A stretch of 64,000 nucleotides of DNA from Bugula neritina (Eukaryota > Animalia > Bryozoa), in the NCBI GenBank assembly GCA_964035545.1, contig OZ037767.1, positions 10,240,581 to 10,304,580 of the forward strand. The letters run 5' to 3'. The notes below the pieces were generated by a model. The model saw only the letters and a list, made by a program, of their open reading frames with translations. It was not told where the DNA came from and searched no databases. Position numbers and translations under genes: made by a program. Positions 1 to 11,771 of this stretch are shown in pieces; within the stretch, counting starts at the first letter, position 1, and the number at the start of each line of letters is the position of its first letter.

Positions 1-70
1 GATAGTTGTGTAGACAAAATACTATAGAGCATAGAGAATACATAGATAGTAAACAAAAACCGCTGGTTAC

Positions 71-3000
71 CTTTCGGAGCTTAAGGTGGCCAAAAGAGAA
101 CTTCTTATCCCCTAGATGCCGACCAGGTACGCTGCCAATAAGGCAAACTCTGCAAATAAGATAATGTACTGACAACATTGATTGGACAGAAAGGGGCCAC
201 ACGTGAGAGCCATGTGCAGTTCATCATGTATATTATGTGAAGTTCATTTTGAGAAAAAAAATGTTATTTGCCAATACAGTGGATTTTGAACCTTTAAAGA
301 ACCTGGAGTGCTACAGAGTTTCAAACCCACCTGCGCTTTATAGCAAATTCTTACATACAGTTTTACAACTACATAGTATGGTTATAAATAAGGTAATCTT
401 TGTGCATTATGAGTAGCATGTGGTATGGTACAAGACCTCTAGTGTAATCTATTTAATCAGTAGCTGTTGAGAAACTAAGAATTGAAATCTACAACATTAT
501 TGGTGAGAGTTGGTAGAAACATACCTACATTTAGACATATCATGCTGTCTGATGAGGTCTATCCATTCTGCTATGAGCTTGGACTTGTATCCTGACAAGT
601 ACTCAATGAGATCCGCCTTGAAATTCGTGATTGAATCGCCAGATCCTAGAAACAGCAAAGTGTAGTAAAGAACTAATTATCCAGAATGGTAGTGCAGCAG
701 CAGTAGCAGTAATAGCAGTAATAGCAGTAGTAGTACTAGTACTAGTAGCAGTAATAGCAGTAGTAGTACTAGTACTAGTAGCAGTAGCAGTAGTAGTACT
801 AGTACTAGTAGCAGTAGCGGTAGTGGTGGTGGTGGTGGTGGTGGTGGTGGTAGTAGTGGTAGTAGTGGTAGTAGTAGTAGTAGTAGTAGTACTAGTGGTA
901 GTGGTGGTAGTGGTAGTAGTATATAGTAGTAGAGGTAGACAGAAAGAGAAATAGAGAAGGGGAAGAGAGAGGGGAAGAGAGAGGGGGAGAAAGAGAGGGA
1001 GAGAGAGAGAGAGAGAAAGGAGGGGGGGGAGAGGAGAGAGAACTGAGTAGTTTTACTTACCAGGAGGACACAAAGGGCTGCACCATAGAGCTTGGGTTTT
1101 CTGAAACCAGTCCATAGGAATGAGGTTAGCAGTGGTGATCATAACTCGTATTCCTGTGGTGTATTTGAGTATCACCATCTTTGTGTGGTGAACACCGTAA
1201 GGGATGTCCAATTTAGCCTAACAATTCATACATATAAACTATTAGTGTGGATAGAGGTAACTAGTACGAGTTATACCTATTATATCACTAAGAGAAATGC
1301 TAAGGACTGCCACTTCACAACTATAGCAATTCCCTTTTCTTTATTCACTATAATCAGGAGGTAAATCAACACTAAAAACTGAAATAATGGTTTGCCAACT
1401 ATTTTTGATAACTTTTTATACGTCCATCACCATTTAAAATATTCTATTGCATAAAGCTACCCACTTTATTAAATGAATACAAATTCCTGACTTTCCATAA
1501 ATCAATATCTGCTTGACTGTCAAAACAAAGCAACAGGTCGAAGTTCAAACTTAGTTGGTTTAAGCCAGTCTGTCTTCTTTAACCCAAACTCTGTCTGACT
1601 GTATGTAACTTACACTTATCAAATACTTACTTCTACTATTTTTATATTGCTATTTGAGCCTCTCTGTTCCAAGAGCTCTATACGTGAGTCACCCTTTAGT
1701 CCATGGACCACAGTCATAGGTTTGTTCCGGTCACACGGTTTATACTGTTGTCTGATCCAATCCAAGTCAAACATGTAACTCAGCTATGAAGTAGACCAGT
1801 ACAACAGGCTGTATACACACTGGAATATCTTTTAGAGTTTGTATGTCAAAGCTGTTTAAAGACAAGCTATAGGAACTGCGTAAGCCATAATATACTACAG
1901 AAATAGAATATATTACTCTACATCATACTAGCGCAGGGGTGAGCAACTTCTTTTGCATGAGGGTCAAGTTCAGGGGTCAGCCAAAACAAAGGGCCACACG
2001 ATTGTACACATTAAATTTTATTATAATAAAGTAATTCGTTACCAATACTATACTGTGCTAATCAGAATGCATATAACAGTTTTCACTTATCTTAAGTATT
2101 AAAAGGGCCACTGAAAAATGGGCCAAAGACCACAGGTGGCCCTGGGACCCCCAGTTGCCCGCCCCTGTACTAGAATTATATCACACAAAGTGGTATTTTT
2201 CTCTAAGTGTGTGCAAAGTATGTGTGTGTGCTCGAGCACAAATGATATAACCTCTCAACTGTTTTACAGAGCTATTACTATGCAGGCAAAATGTGCCTTT
2301 ATCTACTGTCAAAACTGACATGTAAATATAGTACAAGACAATATGAGTTCAGCATTTTGTAAAAACTTACAAGGCATGACGATTCCAATTCAGCCTTTGT
2401 TCCATTAATAACATCTACAAAATAATCCAGTTTAAAGAGTAAAGTGACTTGCAATGAATATCAAGTTAATACTTACAACACAGTGTAGACCCAATACTAA
2501 AAATATTTTGCTTGCGGGCTAAATGCATTGGTTAGTATGATTTTTTCAATAAAGTTGCTTTGACAGCTTTTAATGTTTGATAAAAAAGTGATGAATATCA
2601 AAAAGTTTGCAAAGACAGTTTCTTTTCACAGCCAGGTCAAGGTGAAAGTTATTAAGATAGAGAAAGCTAATCAAGTCAGGCAATCCAACCAATATGCAAA
2701 CTTTTGTTGGAAGTCATTACTTGATATAATCAGCTAAATATGACCTGAATTAAAAAGAAATTGGTAAGAATAACAAATTAGTAGATCCAATTCTATCAGC
2801 TCCTAATTTTCAATATGTTTATAAACATATATTATTATAATAACTACCAAATTGCAAAATCTTCCATCTAATTATAATAGCGATTAACTCTTCAACAATA
2901 ACTATGTTTGGTTATTTATTTAAATTATAAAGATTTACTAAAATGCAATTACGAGTTAATTTAAATATAGAGTAAAGATTAGAAATAAAGAGATAAAGTT

Positions 3001-3904
3001 CAAAATCAAAACTCTTTGGTTTCCCTTTTTAACTAGCCTAAGTTCCGAAGGCTTGTAGCAAGATAATCCATATTTTAAAGTCAACTACCTAAGTAGGTTC
3101 ACAATTTCAGTGAGTAAACAGAAAAGATCTAAAGCCTTTACAAGTTATCGAGAGCTTGCATACAACTAATAGTGAAACAGATAACTTACTATAAAGTGTG
3201 AGAGAAGAACCTTGATTATAGGAGTTGTCTATCCCACGATGAACATAAGTGAGATAATAGTTGTATTTATTACAGCTCTGGCTGAGAGCCACTTGTGTTG
3301 CTGGAGATAGTTCGTTAGTCGTGTCCTTATCAGACGTCAGCTGCATATTCCCTGGGCGGATTGAACTGGTACCTGACTCACCACTACCAACACTAGACTT
3401 GGCACAAATCTCATCAGTCCCTTCAGAGCTGTTCTTTCTTTTCCGTGACACTTGGTCTGCTTACAGAAAAGTTATGAGACAACTTTTCTCATAATAAATT
3501 TGATTCTTTCATAAATTGTTCTTAAATTGCACTGAATTAAAGTAGTTTTAAACAACTGCATGTTTTGATGGCACTTCTGTTATGTAAGTTTAAACAAATG
3601 CAATTTTATGCTCAAATTGAAGAACAGCCATATTCAGAAGCAGTGACATTTTGAGCACAAATTACTGGGAAAATTCTTTTCATGGGTTTGGATAATTATT
3701 ACTAATTAAAAGAAGTACTTTTATTAAGCTAAAACAAGTGGTAATATATCAGTAATATCAGTAATATATCAGAAGAAAAAAGGAAATAGCATATATACCT
3801 GAGTGAGCAAGCTCGTTTGGGTGACTAAACTCTTTGAAATGCAGTGGATTTTTCCGGTAGCATTTGCTACCATACTTACATGCAGGTAAACCATCGTCAC
3901 CCAT
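71..3904 (-). CDS. TDP1: Tyrosyl-DNA phosphodiesterase 1, 5' part (7 coding exons; gene continues beyond the window start)
   Basis: Spliced exons 3904-3799, 3456-3190, 2414-2371, 1783-1631, 1217-1061, 645-525, 149-71 are all GT-AG and phase-consistent. Translation includes [33 protein letters not shown]...[20 protein letters not shown] (first HxK..N catalytic motif), [16 protein letters not shown] and [11 protein letters not shown]...FGHLKLRK, collinear with human TDP1 as recalled. Confidence 0.95.
688..1041. repeat. (GTA/GCA/GTG)n trinucleotide microsatellite followed by a GA-rich tract, in a TDP1 intron
   Basis: Directly visible; explains the poly-Val ORF 631..954. Confidence 0.95.
1934..2167. 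mobile_element. Non-autonomous hAT-type MITE (234 bp)
   Basis: Termini CAGGGGTGAGCAACT...AGTTGCCCGCCCCTG; imperfect 8-bp TSD TACTAGCG/TACTAGAA; internal GGGCC motifs typical of hAT/Charlie-like elements. Confidence 0.8.
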
Positions 3905-4857
3905 TTTAACCTACCACACACAAAAACAAACCTATATATATTATATAACATGTATTGACTATACATCATCTTATGAGATAATGAATGAGCCATGCTTGAA
4001 TTAAATAGAAGAAATATAAGTTATACTTAATACTCTTAAGTAGGTTTAAAACCAAAATTTGTATGTTGATATGTAATCAAAGCTGAAAAAACTTCATTGT
4101 AAAACTAAATTACAATAATTAAAATAAATTTATTTGGTTGTAAATGATAATTTCATAGCCATGCTATACACTAAATTAATACATCCAATGATAACATTAC
4201 TTTCTATTCCAGTACAGTTTATGCTGCGACACATGTAACAAACGCTACTTGGTCTTCAAATTATAATAAAGAAAGTCAGGCTCTCAGCATTGTGTGTGCA
4301 GCTAGAGAAATAAGTCTATGAACAGGAATCTGCGTTGAAAAGATTGGTTCCCAAACAATAACGGATAATTATCCCATCTTCGGCTCCAAAGCATTATTTA
4401 GCTTCATACTAAAAGCCTGAGAAAAGACTAAAGAGTAGAATTCACCCTATTTTCACGCCATTACATATGTCAGCTATGAAAGATTTGACTCCTATCTGCA
4501 GTGGCAATAGTTGCACAATGCATGAAATCATAAAAAAATTATTGCACTATCAGTGTTTGCACTCAAAACATATTTAAAATGACAATCACAATAGTTAGAC
4601 TCACAGTTGTATACTAAATGAACTGTTGCATATTAGTAAAGCTTAATGATGCAGGCAATTAATATTATATTAATATTATTATATTATTTATAATAAAAAG
4701 TTGAATAATAATATTATTAGTTTGGTAAACCCTACAATTAATATAATTTTCTGTGCCATATTGATATACATTTAGCTTTACACTAGATAACCGTTAGGAT
4801 TCAGCACTTGAAAATACTTAAAATTAAATAACCACAAGAAGCAGAAACCCTGAAACA

Positions 4858-5420
4858 TGGTGTCATCTCAGTTAGACGTCTCCCAGTTAGACGCTAGGCT
4901 AAATTTCTTACTTGGACGCTTCCCAGTTAGATGCTATTTATTTATTTTAGTGCAGTATGCATATTTTTATGCGCAATTTATTTTAATTTGAACATTTTTC
5001 AAGTATATATGTATATTTAAATAAATTCTAGATTACTAGATTACCTTTAATCTTGAAATAAATTCCTTTGATCTGCATTAACTTATTAAGTTTGCATTTT
5101 TTATACTTCTTGTAGCTTGAAAAAATATTTCATTAACAAGTATTCATTAGAAATAATGTCTATTATTAATATATTACTGATTCTTTGACCCACATAAATC
5201 TGTGAAAATTAGAATATTATTACAGATAATTCATATTAACTATTATTTCATGCTCAGTAATCAATAAAACAGTTATATAAGTATGTATAGGTATACTACT
5301 ATATATATTTTACTAAAACAAAATAGGTCTAAAAGCGTTCATGTGGGAAGCATTTATCTCGGATGAAATCTGACACACAAGTGACACAGTCACTTGCCTT
5401 GCGTGCAAACTGAGACACCA
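4858..5420. mobile_element. Degenerate MITE-like element with subterminal repeats
   Basis: Left end TGGTGTCATCTCAGTTAGACG matches the reverse complement of the right end GCGTGCAAACTGAGACACCA; four AGTTAGACGC-like repeats at 4870-4935; AT-rich core; no clear TSD. Confidence 0.5.
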
Positions 5421-6009
5421 CACTATTATTATCATAATAATCACTTAGAAATTTTATATTAATATTGTAACAGCATAATATTAATTATAATATAAATTAC
5501 AAATATCCATATTTGCATTCTTGGTAATCATAATCATGATAGCGATCTCCATACTGATATTCACTTTCAGATTGAGATGAAATTTAAATTTATTACAATT
5601 ATCATATTCATTATTATAATTAGAATTATAATAAATATAATAATATAATTAACTTTAAGCACTCATTTTAAGTTCAACAACTTGAATTACAAATTCTACC
5701 ATACTCATAGATATAATGATAATACAATGATAAACATAAAGTAAAAGTTGAACATAAAGCTAAACTTAAAGATAAAACTAAAAGTAAAACTCAAAGTCAA
5801 AATTAATTTAATAATTAATAAATTATAAAAGATAATGATAAAATTAAGTGCACACAATCATATTCATTTATCATTATAAATCTCATTTATTACTATTAGA
5901 ATTATTAGACACAATTTCAATTGATGAAATAGATATTAATACTTTAATAGTGTCAATGGTATTACATTAAAAAAACATTTATTAATATGATTATCATTAT
6001 GAATATGGT

Positions 6010-6380
6010 AACGGCCACTGGTGGTTAAAAAATAAACGTTCGAAGTCTAGAGCACCGGAATGATATAATACAGAGCAAAGCTTCGCTCGTTACATCTTTG
6101 AACTGAGCCTGAGCCTTTTTATCAGGAGCTCAGGGTTGCGGGTGACTAATTGCAGAAGTTTCCGATTCTCAAGTTTAGTGTTAGGTCCCTCAGCTCCAAA
6201 CTTGAGAGCTCAAATCACTGAACTCTAAATGGTCTTGTTTAGTTCACTAGCCCAAACTGCTCCACTCTTTCACCCCCAAGTTTGGAGCTGCTTTTAAAAC
6301 AGTGTAATAGGCTGTAGGACTAGGAGCATCAATTAATTTGTATCGTCTTCTCGTTGAACTTGACATGGTACTCATAATGT
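6010..6380. promoter_or_regulatory. Probable bidirectional promoter region of TDP1 and the ASB-like gene
   Basis: Both start-codon exons are preceded by splice acceptors (3911-3912 minus; 12202-12203 plus), so non-coding first exons lie between them. This is a locally CpG-containing island between two AT-rich periodic tracts, the same architecture as the CFAP70/ZW10 promoter. The TSSs are not determined. Confidence 0.35.
6117..6299. mobile_element. Older copy of the fold-back MITE family also found at 45389-45549
   Basis: Left TTTTATCAGGAGCTCAGGGTTGCGGGTGACT and right TCACCCCCAAGTTTGGAGCTGCTTTTAAAA are imperfect inverted repeats and align with the arms of the 45.4-kb copy. Confidence 0.6.
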
Positions 6381-6743
6381 TTGAGTGTACATAGTATTAC
6401 CATTACGGCATTAGTATTACTATTAGTTGTAAAACTGAAAGTAAAAACTAAAAAGGTTCAGGTTGGGTAACTTCAAGTTACTAATTTGTGCATTATCGTT
6501 AAGTCTTTTTGACTGACTGCAGACAAGCATAAGCTTTCTAAAGTGTAAGGAAAAAAGTTATTGTAAGATAATTTAAATTTATGTTATCAAGTATTACTAT
6601 TACTATTAGTATTACTATTACTTTTACTATTAGTATTAGTATTAGTGTTACTGTTAGTATTGATAATCATAATGATAATGGCTGCACCTACACTTACAGT
6701 TACTGGCAATACTATTAGTATTACTAATAGTAATACTAATAGT

Positions 6744-7546
6744 ACTTACATCAAAATCAATGGTGTCATCACGCTAGACCGCCTAGGGATGGCTGGGCGT
6801 TATAGGAGTGCCTCAATTTTTGAACATACTTCTATCCTAAGGACATTGTTCCTGGATACAGTCCCCTGGGTTGGGCATTGGGTACAAAGAGGGTTCATCA
6901 ACTCGTCCAGTGGTTGAGAGGTAATAACAGTAGAGATGGTTGGTTGTTTCTATTTCTTCAGATTCCGTATTGTACAGGGAGAAAACTGTTATGGAAACAG
7001 TTGTCAGTTGTGGGAATAGACGGTGGTTCACTTTTGGTGGTAGCTCTTGTCTGGACTGAGGCCAGAGGTTGACTCATAATTTTATCATAAGATGTGCTGA
7101 GAGTAAGATGTGATTCCTCTTTCGAGAGTATCTTGTGCAGCAGTTTCACTCGAGAGCTCTTCCGTTGCACATCCAGCTGTAGTTGCGTTTCTCATTGGCC
7201 TCTGAGACCTCTCTTTTGCCCTTTAATTCACTGATCATTCTCACCCCTTGATTCGGAACCATTTCTAGAGCCTCTATCTTTCTGTTTGAGCATGGGTCCC
7301 AGGCACATGAGGCATGTTCTAAGTGAGGACAGCAGATAGACTTAAAAGCTATTAGTTGCTCAGTAGAGAGCTCTTTTGATTCTACCAATTTGCTTTCTTG
7401 CACTACATATTTTGTTGGCTATGTGGTACGTGAACTTCATGTCTGACTGTAGTATCACTCCTAGGTATTTTCTTTGATCTGTTTGCTCTGGTACCGTATT
7501 ATTCATTGTATACTGTAGGAATGTGCCCCGAGAAAAAAGAAAACTC
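6744..7546 (-). mobile_element. 5'-truncated, frameshifted LINE (CR1/L2-group-like): RT C-terminus plus 3' UTR
   Basis: Three overlapping minus-strand frames give YTMNNTV...RKYLGVILQSDMKFTYHIANKICSARKQIGRIKR / LIAFKSICCPHLEHASCAWDP...IEALEMV / RVKLLHKIL...FHNSFLP. These match the KYLGV, RP.LEYAS..W.P and SF.P motifs that follow the RT core in non-LTR ORF2. Confidence 0.85.
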
Positions 7547-7926
7547 ATGAATGTGTGTTAAGCACCTTAATCGCACGTTGGGTTTATCCCACAGCTCCTG
7601 TTTTGGGTACCAAAAAACGGCCCACTGGGCACTCTCTGTTTGAGCACGTGAGCCCGATAAAGCAGGCTCGTGTCTTTTACTCATTTAAAGTTCGAAAACA
7701 TGTTGAGGACATTTTGTTCCCGAAGCCTTTAATCATTCGATTTACCGGATAAAACCATGCACATCGAGTGTCAGCTATCCTGAGAGAAACATCAGGGGAA
7801 CCAGCTACTAGGCAGTCTTTCACCCATATGCTTAAGTTTGGTGATCGATGTGAATCGCTGTGAGCCTTCACCAGAGTCCTCTCTGGCTTGGCCTTGCTCA
7901 AGCATAGTTGACCACCTTTTGGTTCT
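7544..7926 (-). pseudogene. Decayed 28S (LSU) rRNA fragment, ~380 bp, domain II region
   Basis: The plus strand matches the reverse complement of conserved 28S blocks in the correct order: CATTTAAAGTT, TAATCATTCG.TTTACCGGATAAAAC, CAGCTATCCTGAG.GAAAC, GGAACCAGCTACTAG, CACCAGAGT..CTCTGGCTT, GCATAGTT.ACCA.CTTT. It has many transitions and two ~8-9 nt deletions in invariant blocks. Confidence 0.9.
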
Positions 7927-10184
7927 AAGAATAATAGTGATAGTGATAGCTATAATCATAGTCATAGTTATAATGATAATTACTTTTGAGTTGTAACCTT
8001 CAACTTAAACTTGTTTAAACTTGAAGGTCTGTTGTCATTGAGGTTGGCTATTGTTAGTGTTACTCTAGATGTATGTCATACTTTTGGCACAAAAATAAGT
8101 TATCACAGTAAATATGTACAAGATTAAGTATTTCATACTGATACTTATATTCATACTTAACTGTTTAGACGATAAAATTAGTTGTAAAATATTAATCTGT
8201 TATTATCATTATGATTATGCAATACTAATACTTCTAATTATACTAATCAAAAGTCAAATGTTGGTCATGGCAAAATGGAAACTGCTTAAACTGCAAATAA
8301 AAATCGTGATCAGGTATAAATTAAACTTGCAATGACAAGGCTAGAGGCTAGATTTTACTCCCAATACTTATACTACTTTAGCAACATTTCAGATTTTAGA
8401 CTTTTCAAATTTCAAGACTTTAACAACCAAGACTCTGGTTAGGGCAATTTTAGAAATCTAATCACATTGTTAACATTGTTGATTAATGATGGTCTAAGCT
8501 TAACTGAAATCAAATCATAGTTATATTTAAAAGTTGGCCAAATCAAATCAATTCTTTTGTAAAAGACATTGAGTCAAGATACGCTGTGGCCTCAAATCAA
8601 CCAGAGTCAATTTGGATTGACTTGCAAGTCTTTAAAACAAGTCAATATGTGCCATAATTGCATATTTATATAGATTTTTTAAAAAAATTCAAATTAGCTG
8701 CATGCATTCTGGAGAGTAAATGAAATGATAATTTTTTTTGAAGGGTTGAGAAAAGTGTCTTATGACTTAAACAAATTAGTAGCTATAAGTTGAACAAACA
8801 ATTCAGTTTATTATTTATGATCCAAGTTCACTTTAAGATGTGCTCATTACTTTAACAGAAGGTTCTGGTACTTAAATTATTATGAAGTATCAAATGGTCA
8901 GAAATTTGTTATAACTGCATTTCATATGTTTATAATCAAGCATTTAGCCATTATTCTTTCTCATATGCCCACAAAAGGCTCACATAGGTCTATAATTTGC
9001 TCTCACGCCCTTGTTGTTAGTGCTCTTAGGTCTATTATTTGGTCTCACACTTATTATTCATTCCCATACTCTTATTTCTCCCTCTTTTATGCTCATTATT
9101 CAGTCCCATACTTTCATTAGGCACTCTCATATTCCTATCATTGGCTCTTCTATAGTCATTCTCTTATGCTTATTATTCTCTCTCATACCCCTATTACTGT
9201 ACTTGCTCTTGCGCCTGATTCTGACTCAATAGTATTTGTGTACACATCACAATATTTGAGCATATGCCAGTTTACTCAGTTCACACTTTTTTGTTGAAGC
9301 CAGTTTTGGAAAGTAATAAAATATCCTAGGGCTTAGATCAGGAGTGTCTAAGCTTTTCAGAGCAAGAGCTAAAGAAGTAGAATATTCCATTGTGAAGGCT
9401 ACAAATTGCAAAATTCAGTTTGAGCTCGTGGCTACAGCACCAGGTTTTTCAAGTTAGTTTGCTCCAAATTCACATCAATAATTACACAATGGCATCCTAA
9501 TAACAATCACAGGCTGCATGTTTTTTAGCATGTATAGAAATAAAGCATTTACATTGAGTGGTTTTCCTTCTCCAATTCATATACAGAGCAAAATAATTTT
9601 ATATATGTTGTGCGTTTGAGGCCAATATAAGTGTTAAACAGGCAGGCTTAAACGATCAAAGTGTTGTATGTACAATCTTACATGCAGTATAATTTTAGAA
9701 TAGCATAATTTAAAAGGGAAACTCTGTCCAAAAATAGCTTTTTGAATAATTTTAAAGCAATTTCTATTTTACTTGAGCTAATTACTGCTATAAGTTAAAA
9801 GTAATATGCTTCAGTGGTCATTGCTGTATTATCCTACAATAGGTTTGAAACAATAAATAGAAGTCTTTTCTTACAATCCTATGTAATAGCATTTCATTTG
9901 AGTAAATAGTAATTTTCTGTAAACTAATCAACAATAACCTTTTGACAGGTTGCAACCAAGTTTGCATTTAAGATTAAATTTTCTTACGCTGACACCCACA
10001 AAAATTGGGTGGTAGTAAATATAATTTAAGTATAAATATGGCCTACATAGCTAATTTATATTTTTAGAAGCGGGGTCAATATAAGTTTATTTTTATTTTT
10101 ATTTGTGCTTCGATTAGCAAGTCATTGGTTACAGGCACTGCACAGAATGAAGTTTAGCAGTTCTAACTAGTGTATGCAAAGGAA

Positions 10185-11771
10185 TGCCCATGACACACTA
10201 CAGTCGAAACTCGACTGTGGCGGCCATTTTGAAGCTGCTCGCGCATACCTTCAACGTCACTTCCTACTTTTAGCTGGTCACACTACAGTTCACTACGAAC
10301 GATGAAAGCTAACTGTCTCTAGTCTCGCAGTAAACTTTTAAACCAATAGGAATGCGATAAATCAGTTTCTGCAGTATCCACACTAACCAACAATTAAATT
10401 TAGCGCAATTTTTTGAGATTTACTAGCATAATTTAATAAGATTTTCTAGTTATTTTTATTCTAATTTACTAGCTTCAATTATTCAAAATTACTAGCTTTA
10501 TTTAATGATATTACTTAGCTTTATTCAAGCTCATTCACTAGCCTAAAGAACTAAATAGTACGCTAATAAAATTCAACCAAATTAGAAAAACTAAATATGC
10601 AGATAAAATTCAGCAAAATTTATCTAATGAATACTTATTTTCATGATTTATTGAAACTTTCATACATAACGTCATCATAATTATTTTAAAAGTAAAATAA
10701 TATAATTTTCGAAGAACCAAATCAAATAATAATGCTCGCTAGTAGCACGTGAAAAAAGTAAAAGCACTTATGGGGCTGCCACACTACAGTCAAAACGGCC
10801 ATCTTGAACGCGTTTTCGAGGCTAAGCGATGACCTCTGTGACGTCACAACTGTCTGATTTCTGAACGCAACTGTCAGTTTTTCGCGATGCGATGAAAGTT
10901 CAACATGTCGAACTGTCATCGCTGAAGTTGAGCGATCAGCCAATCACTGACTGGCCAGGTAAACCCTGATTGGTTAAGTGCTTTTACTTTTTCCACGTGC
11001 TACTAGCGAGCATTATTATTTGATTTGGTTCTTCGAAAATTATATTAATTTACTTTTAAAATAATTATGATGAAGTTATGTATGAAAATTTCAATAAATC
11101 ATGAAAATAAGTATTTATTAGATAAATTTTGCTAAATTTTATCTGCATAATTATTTAGTTTTTCTAATTTGGTTGAATTTTATTAGCGTACTATTTAGTT
11201 CTTTAGGCTAGTGAATGAGCTTGAATAAAGCTAAGTAATATCATTAAATGAAGCTAGTAATTTTGAATAATTGAAGCTAGTAAATTAGAATAAAAATAAC
11301 TAGAAAATCTTATTAAATTATGCTAGTAAATCTCAAAAAATTGCGCTAAGATTAATTGTTGGTTACTGTGGATACTGCAGAAACTGGTTTATGGCATTCC
11401 TATTGGTTTAAAAGTTTACTGCGAGACTAGAGACAGTTAGCTTTCATCGTTCGTAGTGAACTGTAGTGTGACCAGCAAAAAGTAGGACGTGACGTTGAAG
11501 GCATGCGCAAGCAGCTTCAAAATGGCCGCCACAGTCGCGTTTCTACTGTAGTGTGTTATGCCCATTAACCAATCAGGGTTTATCTGGCCAGTCAGTGATT
11601 GGCTGATCGCTCAACTTCAGCGATGACAGTTCGACATGTCGAACTTTCATCGCATCGCTAAAAACTGACAGTTGCGTTCAGAAATCAGACAGTTGTGACG
11701 TCACAGAGGTCATCGCTTAGCCTCGAAAACGCGTTCAAGATGGCCGTTTCGACTGTAGTGTGGCAGCCCCA
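10185..11771 (+). mobile_element. ~790-bp PIF/Harbinger-like MITE, outer copy (10185-10770 + 11568-11771), interrupted by a second copy
   Basis: Imperfect TIRs TG(G/C)(G/C)CAT.ACACACTACAGT.GAAAC / TGGGGCTGCCACACTACAGTC.AAAC; flanked by GAA/TAA (degenerate 3-bp TSD); the rejoined halves equal the reverse complement of the inner copy. Confidence 0.8.
10771..11564 (-). mobile_element. Inner, inverted copy of the same MITE (794 bp) with a perfect TTA target-site duplication
   Basis: agcacTTA[TGGGGCTGCC...GTTATGCCCA]TTAaccaatc; TTA at 10768-10770 and 11565-11567. A 3-bp TTA/TAA TSD is characteristic of PIF/Harbinger. Confidence 0.85.

Noticed and set aside
631-954. Poly-Val ORF
   Set aside because: Translation of a GTA/GTG microsatellite inside a TDP1 intron on the opposite strand.
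6590-6743. (TAA/TAG)n 3' tail of the LINE
   Set aside because: The same periodic tract continues on the other side of the insertion and recurs at 34850, so it is more likely pre-existing target DNA.
7544-7926. Functional rRNA gene or R1/R2-type site-specific insertion in rDNA
   Set aside because: Only ~380 nt, with deletions in invariant helices and no flanking rDNA; the junction is not at the known R1/R2 target region and 28S does not resume beyond the LINE.
10185-11771. Assembly or read fold-back artefact
   Set aside because: The arms differ by multiple substitutions and indels, and the inner unit has a clean TTA TSD.
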